DNA from: a virus
Virus record (IMG/VR): IMGVR_UViG_3300038829_000263
Span: 70,111 to 134,110 of that record
Strand: one strand, 5' to 3'
DNA: 64,000 nucleotides
Positions within the stretch are counted from its first letter, which is position 1. Every line of letters begins with the position of its first letter. The position numbers and the translations under genes are program-made. Under the pieces are notes generated by a model. It was not told the origin of the DNA, made no database searches, and saw only the letters and a list, made by a program, of their open reading frames with translations. Of the stretch, positions 1 through 8,312 are shown one piece after another.

Positions 1-2
1 GC

Positions 3-1532
3 AACGAGTACATCCGCTGGGAGACGAAGCCCATCGAAGTGCTCGTCGGGTCGAGCGAGCTGCACGCGATCGGCCGCTCGCTGTTCGCCCTCCTGGCGGA
101 CGAGCTGAACTACTTCGCCCAGGGCGCCCGCACGGCCAACCGCGCGCGCGAGCTCGTGGCCGAGGTCTCCCGGCGTCTTGAGGGCCGCTTCGTCCAGGAG
201 GGCGGGGACATGCCGGGCATCGCGATCTACGTGTCGCAGACCCGCACCCGCTCCGACTACCTCGAGCAGCGCATCCGGGAGAAGCGCGGCGCCCCGGGCG
301 TCATGTGCGTGCGCGGGCCGCGCTGGGCCTTCAACCCGATGGGCTACCACCGCGACAGGAACCGCGGGTTCCGGCCCGACCTGGGGGACCCGTTCTTCCG
401 CACGTTCGTGGGCACGGACGTCACGGACCCGAAGATCCTCGACACGGTCGCGCGCCAGCCCGATGGGACGTACTTCGTCGAGCCCATCGACTCGAAGGAC
501 AAGCCGTCCGAGGAGCTCGTGCTCAAGGTCCCGATCGTCCACTACTCGGCCTTCAAGGACGACGTGCACGGCGCACTGCGCATGCTCGGCGACGTGCCCT
601 CCGGCGCCTTTACCCCGTTCTTCCCCCGGCACGAGGCCGTGGCGGCGTGCTTCGACGAGTCGCTGCCCTTCCCCTTCTCGGCCCAGAAGATCCCGTGCTA
701 CGAGCGCGCGGCCGCGGAGCTACAGGACAGCTTCGACATCAAGGCCGTCACGCGCGTCTACATGGGCCGCCTCCGGCCGCTCCGGCACCCGGACGCCGGG
801 CGCTACATCCACCTCGACCTCGCCCAGGGCGCCGGCGGCCAGGCGGACCTCGCGGGCATGGCGATGGTCCACTCGTCGGGGCACTACATCTCGGAGCGCG
901 ACCCCGAGTCGGATGCCCAGGCCGGCGTCGGCTCCTCCGAGGTCGTGATGAACGTGGAGGTCGACTTCTACGTTGCGCTCACCGGCGGCCCGTACGGCGA
1001 GAGCATCGACTTCCGCAAGGTGCGCAAGTTCATCGGCTGGCTCCGCAACTGCGGGTTCCACATCAAGCTCGTCACGAGCGACCAGTTCCAGTCGTTCGAC
1101 ATGCTGCAGCGCCTGCGCGAGGCCGGCTTCCAGACGGACCGGCAGAGCGTAGACAAGACGAGCCAGCCGTACCGCGTGCTGCGCGGGGCGGCCTCCGAGG
1201 GGCGGCTGGCGCTGCCCTGGCCTCCTGGCGTCATGCCCGTGCGCGTGGGCCTGGAGGACGCGCGCGACCGCGTGATGGAGGCGCTGCCGCGGGTGCACCT
1301 CTACCGCGAGGTCACGGGCCTCGAGCACGACGTGCAGAAGGACAAGGTCGACCATCGCGCGGAGAACCCCGATGGCTCGAAGGGCTCGAAGGACGTCGCC
1401 GACGGCCTCGCCGGCGCCACGTACCGCTGCCTGGCCGACACGGCCACCGTGGGCGAGATGCCCACCGGCGGCCACGTGCCCCAGCAGTCGCGCGTGCTCT
1501 CCTCGCTCAACCGCTACATCGACAAGGCGTGA
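3..1532 (+). CDS. terL: Terminase large subunit, 5'-truncated by the window edge
   Basis: The frame is open from base 3. It has a Walker B-like LLADELNYF and RNase H-like nuclease motifs YIHLDLA, VTSDQFQS and KVDH...GSKDVAD, and lies upstream of the portal. Confidence 0.9.
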   Translation, partial: NEYIRWETKPIEVLVGSSELHAIGRSLFALLADELNYFAQGARTANRARELVAEVSRRLEGRFVQEGGDMPGIAIYVSQTRTRSDYLEQRIREKRGAPGVMCVRGPRWAFNPMGYHRDRNRGFRPDLGDPFFRTFVGTDVTDPKILDTVARQPDGTYFVEPIDSKDKPSEELVLKVPIVHYSAFKDDVHGALRMLGDVPSGAFTPFFPRHEAVAACFDESLPFPFSAQKIPCYERAAAELQDSFDIKAVTRVYMGRLRPLRHPDAGRYIHLDLAQGAGGQADLAGMAMVHSSGHYISERDPESDAQAGVGSSEVVMNVEVDFYVALTGGPYGESIDFRKVRKFIGWLRNCGFHIKLVTSDQFQSFDMLQRLREAGFQTDRQSVDKTSQPYRVLRGAASEGRLALPWPPGVMPVRVGLEDARDRVMEALPRVHLYREVTGLEHDVQKDKVDHRAENPDGSKGSKDVADGLAGATYRCLADTATVGEMPTGGHVPQQSRVLSSLNRYIDKA

Positions 1533-1535
1533 CGC

Positions 1536-2087
1536 ATGGGCCTCGCGGCGGAGACTCTCGTGCGGCGGCTCGACGGGACGGACGCGGCCATCGCGGACCT
1601 GGCCGACGCCTGGGAGGCGTCCCCGGATCACATCTCCGTGGGCGTGTTCTCCGTGCAGGACCCGCAGATCCCGGTCGCGGCCGCCGGCGCGACCCTCGCC
1701 GGCCTGATCGTCGGCGCGCACGCGGTGCAGCCGCGCGTCTCCGGCCGGAACGTGACCCTCGTGACCGTGGAGCTCGACACGGGCGAGAAGATCCGCTGCA
1801 CGCCCACGCACCTGTTCATGCTCGTGGACGGCTCCTTCCGGGCGGCGGGGAAGCTGATGCTGGACGACAACCTGCGCGTCCTGGCGACGGACATCGCCCC
1901 CGGCACGAACCCCGACCTGATGCCTCTGCCCGACCTGAGCGGGCAGATCATCGCGAAGAGCTTGGTCTACCCGGAGATCAGGGTCGTCTCTGTTACCATG
2001 GCCGCCGTGGGGGACGCCTACGACATGTCGGTCCCCCGCAACTGGAACTACGGGCTGGCGACGCGCATCTTCGTCAACGGCGGGTAG
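1536..2087 (+). CDS. Stand-alone Hint-domain (mini-intein-like) protein with degenerate catalytic termini
   Basis: Intein block A-like GLAAETLVRRLDG, block B IRCTPTHLFML, and block F/G-like DAYDMSVPRNWNYGLA..IFVNGG. It has its own start and stop codons and no exteins. Confidence 0.85.
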   Translation: MGLAAETLVRRLDGTDAAIADLADAWEASPDHISVGVFSVQDPQIPVAAAGATLAGLIVGAHAVQPRVSGRNVTLVTVELDTGEKIRCTPTHLFMLVDGSFRAAGKLMLDDNLRVLATDIAPGTNPDLMPLPDLSGQIIAKSLVYPEIRVVSVTMAAVGDAYDMSVPRNWNYGLATRIFVNGG

Positions 2088-2096
2088 GAGGGTCGG

Positions 2097-2486
2097 ATGT
2101 CGGCGACGTACTCGGTTCAGGTGACGCTCACCCGCACGCCGGACCCGAACGACGTGCAGGGCGCGTGCGGGCCTCGCTCCTACAACCTCGACCTCCCCGG
2201 CCTCGTCGCGCAGGAGCTGTCGCTCAAGGTCCCGCCGGCCGCGGTCGACCTCCCGCTCCTGGTCCCAGGCGTCGGCGCGCCCCAGGTCGTGTTCATCCGC
2301 TCGGACATCCCGGGCATCACGTACAAGCGGAACCTGGAGACGGTCGCGAACACCCTCGGCGCCGGCGGCTTCCGCCTGGAGGCCGGCGCGCCCGGCGCAG
2401 GGAGCCCGACCCTGACGCAGCTCCTGTTCTCGAACCCTGGCGGGGCCGCCGCCCAGATCTACGTCCTCGTCGCCGGCCCCGGGTAG
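2097..2486 (+). CDS. Hypothetical beta-rich protein, possibly virion-associated
   Basis: AGGAGG RBS, GC3-biased codons, and position between terminase and portal. Confidence 0.75.
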   Translation: MSATYSVQVTLTRTPDPNDVQGACGPRSYNLDLPGLVAQELSLKVPPAAVDLPLLVPGVGAPQVVFIRSDIPGITYKRNLETVANTLGAGGFRLEAGAPGAGSPTLTQLLFSNPGGAAAQIYVLVAGPG

Positions 2487-2515
2487 CGGGTAGCCTGTTG
2501 GCGTAGGAGCGTCAC

Positions 2516-4447
2516 ATGGCAGAGCGCGGCTTCTTTGGGCGGTTGCTGGACGAGATGGTCGTCCATCCGTGGGCCGCCCTGGCCAAGGTCGGCGGCCTCG
2601 ACCGCCTGCCCGATCGCCGCGTCTCGCGCAAGCGCTACCTGGGCGCGCGCCAGGACGACGCCGATCCCCTCCGGCGGTCCTCGCGCACCCAGGCGATCTA
2701 CAAGGCCCTGGGCGTCTACGCGCTCGAGGAGTCGCGCTCGGAGCTCTACGCCAACTACCGCGAGATGGACACGGACCCCATGATCGCGGCCGTGCTCGAC
2801 GCCTTCGCGGAGGACGCGACGCAGGTCGACCCCGAGCACAAGCGGATCGTCTGGGCCGAGGCGCAGAACGAGGAGGTCAGGAAGCTCGTCACGGCCACGA
2901 TGGACCGCCTGCGCCTGGAGCAGTGGGCGTTCCCCATCTGCCGGGCCCTGGGCCGGGACGGGGATGTGTTCATGCACATCGCCGTCGCCCGCGGCCAGGG
3001 CGTCGTGGCACTCCGGCCCTACGAGCCCTGGACCGTGGCCCGCATCGACGACGACATCGGGCGCCTCATCGGCTTCGGCCCGGCGAACGAGATGGGCGAC
3101 GCGCAGCAGACCGACCGCTCGGCCGTCCCGCACTACCGCGTGCTCCACTTCCGCCTGCCCCCGCGCGAGCTGACGGACAAGTACGGCGTGGCCGCGTCCT
3201 TCCTGTGGGGCTCGCGCCTCATCTGGCGCCAGCTCCAGTTGATGGAGGACCAGGTCGTGATCCAGCGCCTGCTGCGCCGGCCTGACCGCCTCCTGGCGCT
3301 CATCGACACGACGGGCCTCTCGCACGACGAGGCGTGGCAGACGGTCAAGGACTGGGAGCGGCGCCTCTACCGGGAGTGGTACCTCAACACCCAGCAGAAC
3401 GTGTTCTCGTCCATCGGCACGCCCCTCGACATCGCGAAGGACGTCGTGCTCCCGCGCGGCGAGAACAACCAGACGCAGTTCACGAACTTCCCGGCCACGA
3501 ACACGAACGACATCCTGCGCGACCTGGACCTCTTCCTCGCGCGCCTCGCGGCCGGCGTCGGGTTCCCCCTGGGCTTCATCGGCCGGGGCGGGGACTACCA
3601 GCCCGGGCAGTCGCTCTCGCGCCAGTACCACCCCTTTGCCAAGCGCGCGGGCCGCCTCCAGCAGTCGTTCCTGCCCGAGGTCGCGCGCCTCCTGATGATC
3701 GACCTCGCGTTCCGGGGCCTCGACCCGCTGCACCCCCGGAATGCCTTCTCCCTCCACATGGCGTCCGTCTCGCCCATCACCGAGATCGAGCGCAACGAGG
3801 TCATCCAGCTCAAGACGGACCGGATGGAGCGGCTCCTCACGCTCGGTCAGAACGCCCAGCTCAACATGGCCGAGTGGATCCCCCTCGTGCTCGAGAAGCA
3901 CGGCGGGTTCTCGCCCGACCTCGTGAAGAAGCTCTACCAGCCGAAGCCGGAGCGCGAGCTGCCCCAGGGCTTCCGGCCGCCCCCGGCGCCGACGCTCGAC
4001 GTCAACTACTCGCCCTCCCCTGGGCCGGCGATCGACCCATCCCAGGTCGCCCAGGCGGCCGCACCTCAGCCGTCCTACCCGGACAACCCGCCGCTCCAGG
4101 CCGAGGACAAGCAGGCGCTACTCGCCCAGGTCGGCGGCCTGGCGCCGGCGATCGTCGAGTCCGTGGCCTTCGGCTCCCTCGGGATCCAGCCCCTGGAGGA
4201 GACGATGAAGCAGTGGCGCCCGGACCGCGAGAAGCTCGTGGAGGCCGCGGAAGGTAAGGCCGTGGAGGAAGGGCGAGGCGCCCCGCGCGAGGATCTCTTG
4301 ATGGAAGGCGCAGAGACGCGAGTCGGCGAGCTGGCCTCCGACTTCGTCAAGCAGTCCATGATGGAGAGCCGCCGCAAGGCGACGATCACGCGCCTCACGC
4401 TCGTCACGGCCCTGGCCGGGCTCCCGGAGGAGGGCGCCGGTGCCTGA
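2516..4447 (+). CDS. Portal protein (T4 gp20-like)
   Basis: YREMDTDPMIAAVLD, LQLMEDQVVIQRLLRRPDR, DVVLPRG and DILRDLDLF resemble gp20 family motifs. It follows the terminase and has an AGGAG RBS. Confidence 0.9.
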   Translation: MAERGFFGRLLDEMVVHPWAALAKVGGLDRLPDRRVSRKRYLGARQDDADPLRRSSRTQAIYKALGVYALEESRSELYANYREMDTDPMIAAVLDAFAEDATQVDPEHKRIVWAEAQNEEVRKLVTATMDRLRLEQWAFPICRALGRDGDVFMHIAVARGQGVVALRPYEPWTVARIDDDIGRLIGFGPANEMGDAQQTDRSAVPHYRVLHFRLPPRELTDKYGVAASFLWGSRLIWRQLQLMEDQVVIQRLLRRPDRLLALIDTTGLSHDEAWQTVKDWERRLYREWYLNTQQNVFSSIGTPLDIAKDVVLPRGENNQTQFTNFPATNTNDILRDLDLFLARLAAGVGFPLGFIGRGGDYQPGQSLSRQYHPFAKRAGRLQQSFLPEVARLLMIDLAFRGLDPLHPRNAFSLHMASVSPITEIERNEVIQLKTDRMERLLTLGQNAQLNMAEWIPLVLEKHGGFSPDLVKKLYQPKPERELPQGFRPPPAPTLDVNYSPSPGPAIDPSQVAQAAAPQPSYPDNPPLQAEDKQALLAQVGGLAPAIVESVAFGSLGIQPLEETMKQWRPDREKLVEAAEGKAVEEGRGAPREDLLMEGAETRVGELASDFVKQSMMESRRKATITRLTLVTALAGLPEEGAGA

Positions 4448-4628
4448 CAAGGACCCGACCGCCCCGGACCCGCACGTGCCCCCTGACCTCCAGCGGCCGC
4501 CCGCGCCGCCCCCGGCCCCGCCGCCTCCCCCTTCGGCGCCCCCGCCGCGGTTCGTCTCGCACTGCGGTGAGGCGTTCCGCTCCGACCAGCCCTGCCCGCG
4601 GTGCGGCCGGCGCCTCCTGGAGGACTGA
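4440..4628 (+). CDS. Small Pro-rich protein with C-terminal zinc-ribbon-like motif
   Basis: HCG...CPRCG motif; it overlaps the portal stop and abuts the next gene. Confidence 0.55.
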   Translation: MPDKDPTAPDPHVPPDLQRPPAPPPAPPPPPSAPPPRFVSHCGEAFRSDQPCPRCGRRLLED

Positions 4629-4973
4629 GTGCCGCGCCTGCGCGAGCTCGAAGCGACGTTCCTGCGCCTCGACGCCGCGCGGACGGGGCAGTCGTTCACC
4701 GAGGTCGGCGATGTCCTGGCGGGCTCGGACGGTGTCCTGTTCCTATGCCCCAAGTGCTTCGTCGCGAACAAGGGCTCCGTCGGTACCCACTCGGTCATCT
4801 GCTGGTGGGTCGGCGTGCCCGAGGGCGTCTCGCCGAAGCCTGGGCGATGGACGCCTTCGGGTACTGGCCTCGACGACCTCACTTTCGTGCCCTCGGAAGG
4901 TCGTAGCACGTCCGTCGCGCTCCTCGGCGGATGCCAGTGGCACGGGTTTGTGACCAACGGAGCGGCCGCATGA
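4629..4973 (+). CDS. Small Cys/His protein, DUF6527-like
   Basis: FLCPKC..H..W...LT..S...CQWHGFVTNG pattern and GGAGG RBS. Confidence 0.6.
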   Translation: MPRLRELEATFLRLDAARTGQSFTEVGDVLAGSDGVLFLCPKCFVANKGSVGTHSVICWWVGVPEGVSPKPGRWTPSGTGLDDLTFVPSEGRSTSVALLGGCQWHGFVTNGAAA

Positions 4974-5239
4974 TCGTCATCCCGCGCAAGCAGTACACGC
5001 CGACGCCGCAGGGCCGGACCCTGCCCAAGGGCCTCGGATGGGTTTGGTGGAAGGGGAGCCTGTTCATCGAGTGCCCGAGCGGGCATCGTGCTGCGTTCGA
5101 CCTGAGCCCCAACGGGCACCAGGTCGCGGCTGACGGCACGATCAGCCCCTCGGCCGTCTGCCCCGAGACGGGCTGCACCTTCCACGAGTTCGTGCGCCTC
5201 GCGGACTGGACGCCGGAGCCGCCCCCGGAGGACGCGTGA
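4970..5239 (+). CDS. Second small Cys/His protein, DUF6527-like
   Basis: ATGA overlap with the previous stop; CPSGH...GTISPSAVC..GCTFHEFV pattern. Confidence 0.6.
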   Translation: MIVIPRKQYTPTPQGRTLPKGLGWVWWKGSLFIECPSGHRAAFDLSPNGHQVAADGTISPSAVCPETGCTFHEFVRLADWTPEPPPEDA

Positions 5240-6594
5240 GCCACGAGCTGCCCCCGCTGCTCTACCTCGTCGACGACCCCGGCCGCCCGGCCGGCGCCGA
5301 CCCGGCCGATCCCTTCGCCGGCCTGAGCGAGGCCCAGGCCGCGGAGCTCCGCCAGGCGCTCGAGGAGGCCGTCCCGCGCTGGACGCCCGACCAGGTCAAG
5401 GTGATGGACTACCTCGCGGACCTTCGCGACGGGGCCTCCACGACCGGCTCCCTGTCCGGCGCGTTCGGGTGGGCGCCCGCGCGGACCAGGCAGATCGTGA
5501 CGCAGCTCTCCGCCAAGGGGCTCGTGCGCGTGGGCGGGGAGGAGGACGCCGCCCGGGCCGGCGGAAGCGGGCTGTACGTCGAGTTGAAGGACCGGGACCT
5601 GTGGGTGAAGTGGCTGCGCTGGGGCAAGGAGCCCATGGCTGAGGCGAAGGCCGTCGGCACGGCCGACCTCTCCGGCGACCTGGCCGTGCGCGACGCGGGC
5701 CTCCGCGCCGGCTGGCGCTCGACGGTCCGTTATCACGTCCGCCAGGCGGCCACGAACGCCCCGCGCGAGATGAAGATCGCGGAGGAGAACGCTCGGGGCA
5801 CGATCGCCCCGCTCTTGCGCGGCTGGCTGGCCGGGAACATCACCTACGCCGACCTGGAGGAGCACTCGTCGTTCCTCTGGCGCCTGGCCTACGAGCAGGT
5901 CCACGAGATCGGGCGCCACGCCTCGGCGCTCGAGCGGCTGCATCCCGACCCCCAGGTGCTGGCCGAGGAGGAGACCTGGTTTCGCTCGGCCGTGCGCGAG
6001 GAGATGCGCTACTGGCAGCTCGCCATCCGGGAGTGGCGCGATCGGCGCGCGGCGGCGACGCGCGTGCGCAACCGTGAGGAGCGCGCCCAGACCGTCGCGG
6101 CCGTGGACGAGCGGGGCTGGCAGCGCTTCGAGGCGTACGTGCGCGCCCTCCGGTTCATGTTCGAGTCGTCGCGCATCCTGGCCCTGCCGCCCGATGTGCT
6201 CCTCTACTGGATGGGCCCCGACAAGCGAAAGGACCCGAAGGACCGTGGCATCTGCGAAGGGTGCCAGTACATGATGGAGCGCTCGCCCTTCGTGAAGGCG
6301 AACATCCCCGCCGTTCCGCGCGACGGGCAGACGCCGTGCCTCACGAACTGTCGGCACAAGGTCGTCATCCGGATCGGCCGCGTGGACGAGGCCGCCCGGC
6401 GCTTCCAGGAGCTCCCGGCGCGGGAGTCCATGGTCCGGCAGCTCAAGCGCATCAAGGACGAGTCCCACGGGGCGCACCGGCAGCGCCGTGCGGCAGGCCA
6501 CGCGCGGCGCACGGCCGGCGCGGGTCGTGAGCATGTCCACAACCCCTTCCACCGGGAAGGACTCGGGACGCTCGGGCAGGAGCCGGCCCCGTAG
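5236..6594 (+). CDS. Head morphogenesis protein (Mu gpF / SPP1 gp7-like) with N-terminal winged-helix-like region
   Basis: C-terminal W...CEGC...P.PRDGQTPCLTNCRH motif; located just downstream of the portal. Confidence 0.65.
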   Translation: MSHELPPLLYLVDDPGRPAGADPADPFAGLSEAQAAELRQALEEAVPRWTPDQVKVMDYLADLRDGASTTGSLSGAFGWAPARTRQIVTQLSAKGLVRVGGEEDAARAGGSGLYVELKDRDLWVKWLRWGKEPMAEAKAVGTADLSGDLAVRDAGLRAGWRSTVRYHVRQAATNAPREMKIAEENARGTIAPLLRGWLAGNITYADLEEHSSFLWRLAYEQVHEIGRHASALERLHPDPQVLAEEETWFRSAVREEMRYWQLAIREWRDRRAAATRVRNREERAQTVAAVDERGWQRFEAYVRALRFMFESSRILALPPDVLLYWMGPDKRKDPKDRGICEGCQYMMERSPFVKANIPAVPRDGQTPCLTNCRHKVVIRIGRVDEAARRFQELPARESMVRQLKRIKDESHGAHRQRRAAGHARRTAGAGREHVHNPFHREGLGTLGQEPAP

Positions 6595-6604
6595 AACCTG
6601 TGGG

Positions 6605-6639
6605 CTAGAAGAAGGCCGCGCGATGCCCTAATATCAGGG
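6605..6639 (+). promoter_or_regulatory. Conserved promoter-like motif, copy 1 (likely leaderless transcript)
   Basis: 27 of 35 nt are identical to 10276-10310. TAATAT at 6629-6634 ends 6 nt before ATG 6641. Confidence 0.7.
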
Positions 6640-6640
6640 C

Positions 6641-7408
6641 ATGCCCATCACCGACAGGGCCACCGCGGCCGCCGACTTCGACACGCCAGCCACCGCGCGC
6701 CCCGCGCGCTACCTCGGGATCGACCCTGGCCTGGGCGGCTGGGCGGCCATCGTGGATGGCGACGGCAAGCTCGTGGGCACCTGGCCGACTCCCACACTTC
6801 CGCATCCGACGGAGCCCACGAGACGAGTTTACGACCGGCACGGCATGCTGGTGCTCATCCACAAGATCGCCGGGCCGGGGATCGACGGAGTCGCGATCGA
6901 GAAGCAGCACGTCATGCCGCGGAATGGCGCGCTGGCCGGCTACGCCTCCGGCTTCGGCTACGCGATGTGGCTCGGGCTGCTCCTCGCCGGTGCGCACCTG
7001 GACCCGTTGGAGGTCGCGAGCCAGACCTGGAAGAAGCATCACGGCGTCCTGCCCCCTCCCATCGAACGTCGTCCGGGGATGCCCCTGGCCGACCCCCAGG
7101 CCCTGGGGGCCTGGCACGCCCAGAAGCCCCCGAAGGGCGCGAAGAAGTCCATCATGCGGGCCTGGAAGAAGGCGAGGCCGCAACCCCCGGCGGCGGAGCA
7201 GGCCGAGTGGGAGAAGCTCGACAGGAAGCATAAGGCCGGCCGGCGGGATGAGGGCGCGCGCCTGGCGGTGCAGAAGGTCCAGGAGCTCCATCCCATGCTC
7301 GACCTGCGCGTGAGCCCGCGCTCGTCCCAGCTCTCGACCGACAAGGCCGTGGCGGTCCTCCTGGCGCACTTCGCCCGCGACGTTGCGAGGGCCCTGCCCC
7401 GTGGCTGA
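6641..7408 (+). CDS. RuvC-like Holliday junction resolvase
   Basis: YLGIDPGLGG, VAIEKQ, SQTWKK and C-terminal DKAVAVLLA motifs. Confidence 0.8.
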   Translation: MPITDRATAAADFDTPATARPARYLGIDPGLGGWAAIVDGDGKLVGTWPTPTLPHPTEPTRRVYDRHGMLVLIHKIAGPGIDGVAIEKQHVMPRNGALAGYASGFGYAMWLGLLLAGAHLDPLEVASQTWKKHHGVLPPPIERRPGMPLADPQALGAWHAQKPPKGAKKSIMRAWKKARPQPPAAEQAEWEKLDRKHKAGRRDEGARLAVQKVQELHPMLDLRVSPRSSQLSTDKAVAVLLAHFARDVARALPRG

Positions 7409-7700
7409 GGCGAAGGCGGAGGACACGCGGCGCCGCGTCGTCAAGGTCGGCGAGGTCTACTACGACGAGGTCGACTTCGAGGCCACGTTCTACGAGGCAG
7501 CGCTCGAGGTCGTGCTGGGCGGCGTCGTGGGCCAGGGGGCGACGATCCGGGACGCCTTCTGGTCCGTGCGCGCGGCGCGGAAGAACCCAGACGCGCACAA
7601 GCGCGCCCTTCGCATGGCTCTCTCCCGCCTCCGCGAGCGCGCGACGCCCACGACCCTGGAGGGCGCCGTCGTCGTGGCGAAGTTCCAGTCGTCACCTTGA
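7401..7700 (+). CDS. Hypothetical protein
   Basis: GTG start overlapping the resolvase end; GC3-biased codons. Confidence 0.6.
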   Translation: MAEAKAEDTRRRVVKVGEVYYDEVDFEATFYEAALEVVLGGVVGQGATIRDAFWSVRAARKNPDAHKRALRMALSRLRERATPTTLEGAVVVAKFQSSP

Positions 7701-7725
7701 GGAAGAAAACAAGATAGGGCATTAT
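7697..7725 (+). promoter_or_regulatory. Sigma70-like promoter (TTGAGG-N17-CATTAT)
   Basis: A-rich spacer in a GC-rich genome, 17-nt spacing, upstream of an AGGAGG RBS and GTG 7752. Confidence 0.5.
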
Positions 7726-7751
7726 CCGCCCCCAGGGGCAGGAGGAGTCTC

Positions 7752-8312
7752 GTGGGAACGACCAAGACGAAGCCGGCGGCCGACGCGCCCTCGGCCGAGG
7801 ATGTGCAGAAGGCCGAGCGCGCGGCGGAGAAGCTGCGGCTCATCGACGAGATGGCGATCCTCGACTTGCGCAAGGACGCGATCGAGGAGGCCCGGGACGA
7901 GAAGAAGAAGCGGCTCATGGTGCTCATGTCCGAGGACGGCGACCGGAAGCTCACGAGCGAGTGGGGCGACGCGCAGTTCAAGACGAAGCGCCTGTTCAAG
8001 GTCCACGATCCGTCCGCCCTCCTGCGCCTGTTCCCCGCCAAGACCCTGGAGGAGGTCGCCCTGTTCCTGGCCGAGCGCTTCAAGCCGACGGCCGAGTTCG
8101 CCGACGGCGTGATCGCGGCGGGCCTCGACCTGACCTCGGCCGTCACGGTCGGCCTCGACGAGAGCATGACCGTCGAGCGCGCGCGGACGAAGGCCGCGAA
8201 GGCCAAGCAGAAGCAGATCATCGAGCAGACCCGCCGCGAGGCGCAGGAGAACGTCGAGGCGCTGGCCAAGACGATGCGCCAGGGCGCGAACACGAAGAAG
8301 GGAGCGAAGTAG
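7752..8312 (+). CDS. Hypothetical helical protein (weak Gam/gp157-like resemblance)
   Basis: Strong RBS; coiled coil followed by short beta elements. The family assignment is tentative. Confidence 0.65.
   Translation: MGTTKTKPAADAPSAEDVQKAERAAEKLRLIDEMAILDLRKDAIEEARDEKKKRLMVLMSEDGDRKLTSEWGDAQFKTKRLFKVHDPSALLRLFPAKTLEEVALFLAERFKPTAEFADGVIAAGLDLTSAVTVGLDESMTVERARTKAAKAKQKQIIEQTRREAQENVEALAKTMRQGANTKKGAK

Noticed and set aside
3-2087. Hint ORF as an active intein of the terminase
   Set aside because: A TGA stop at 1530-1532 follows a complete nuclease domain. The Hint ORF lacks Cys/Ser1, the terminal His-Asn and any C-extein.
305-2506. Long Arg/Pro/Gly-rich alternative + frame ORFs (also 29109-31499, 37383-39257, 57651-59276)
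   Set aside because: Their composition is typical of off-frame translation of GC-rich coding DNA.
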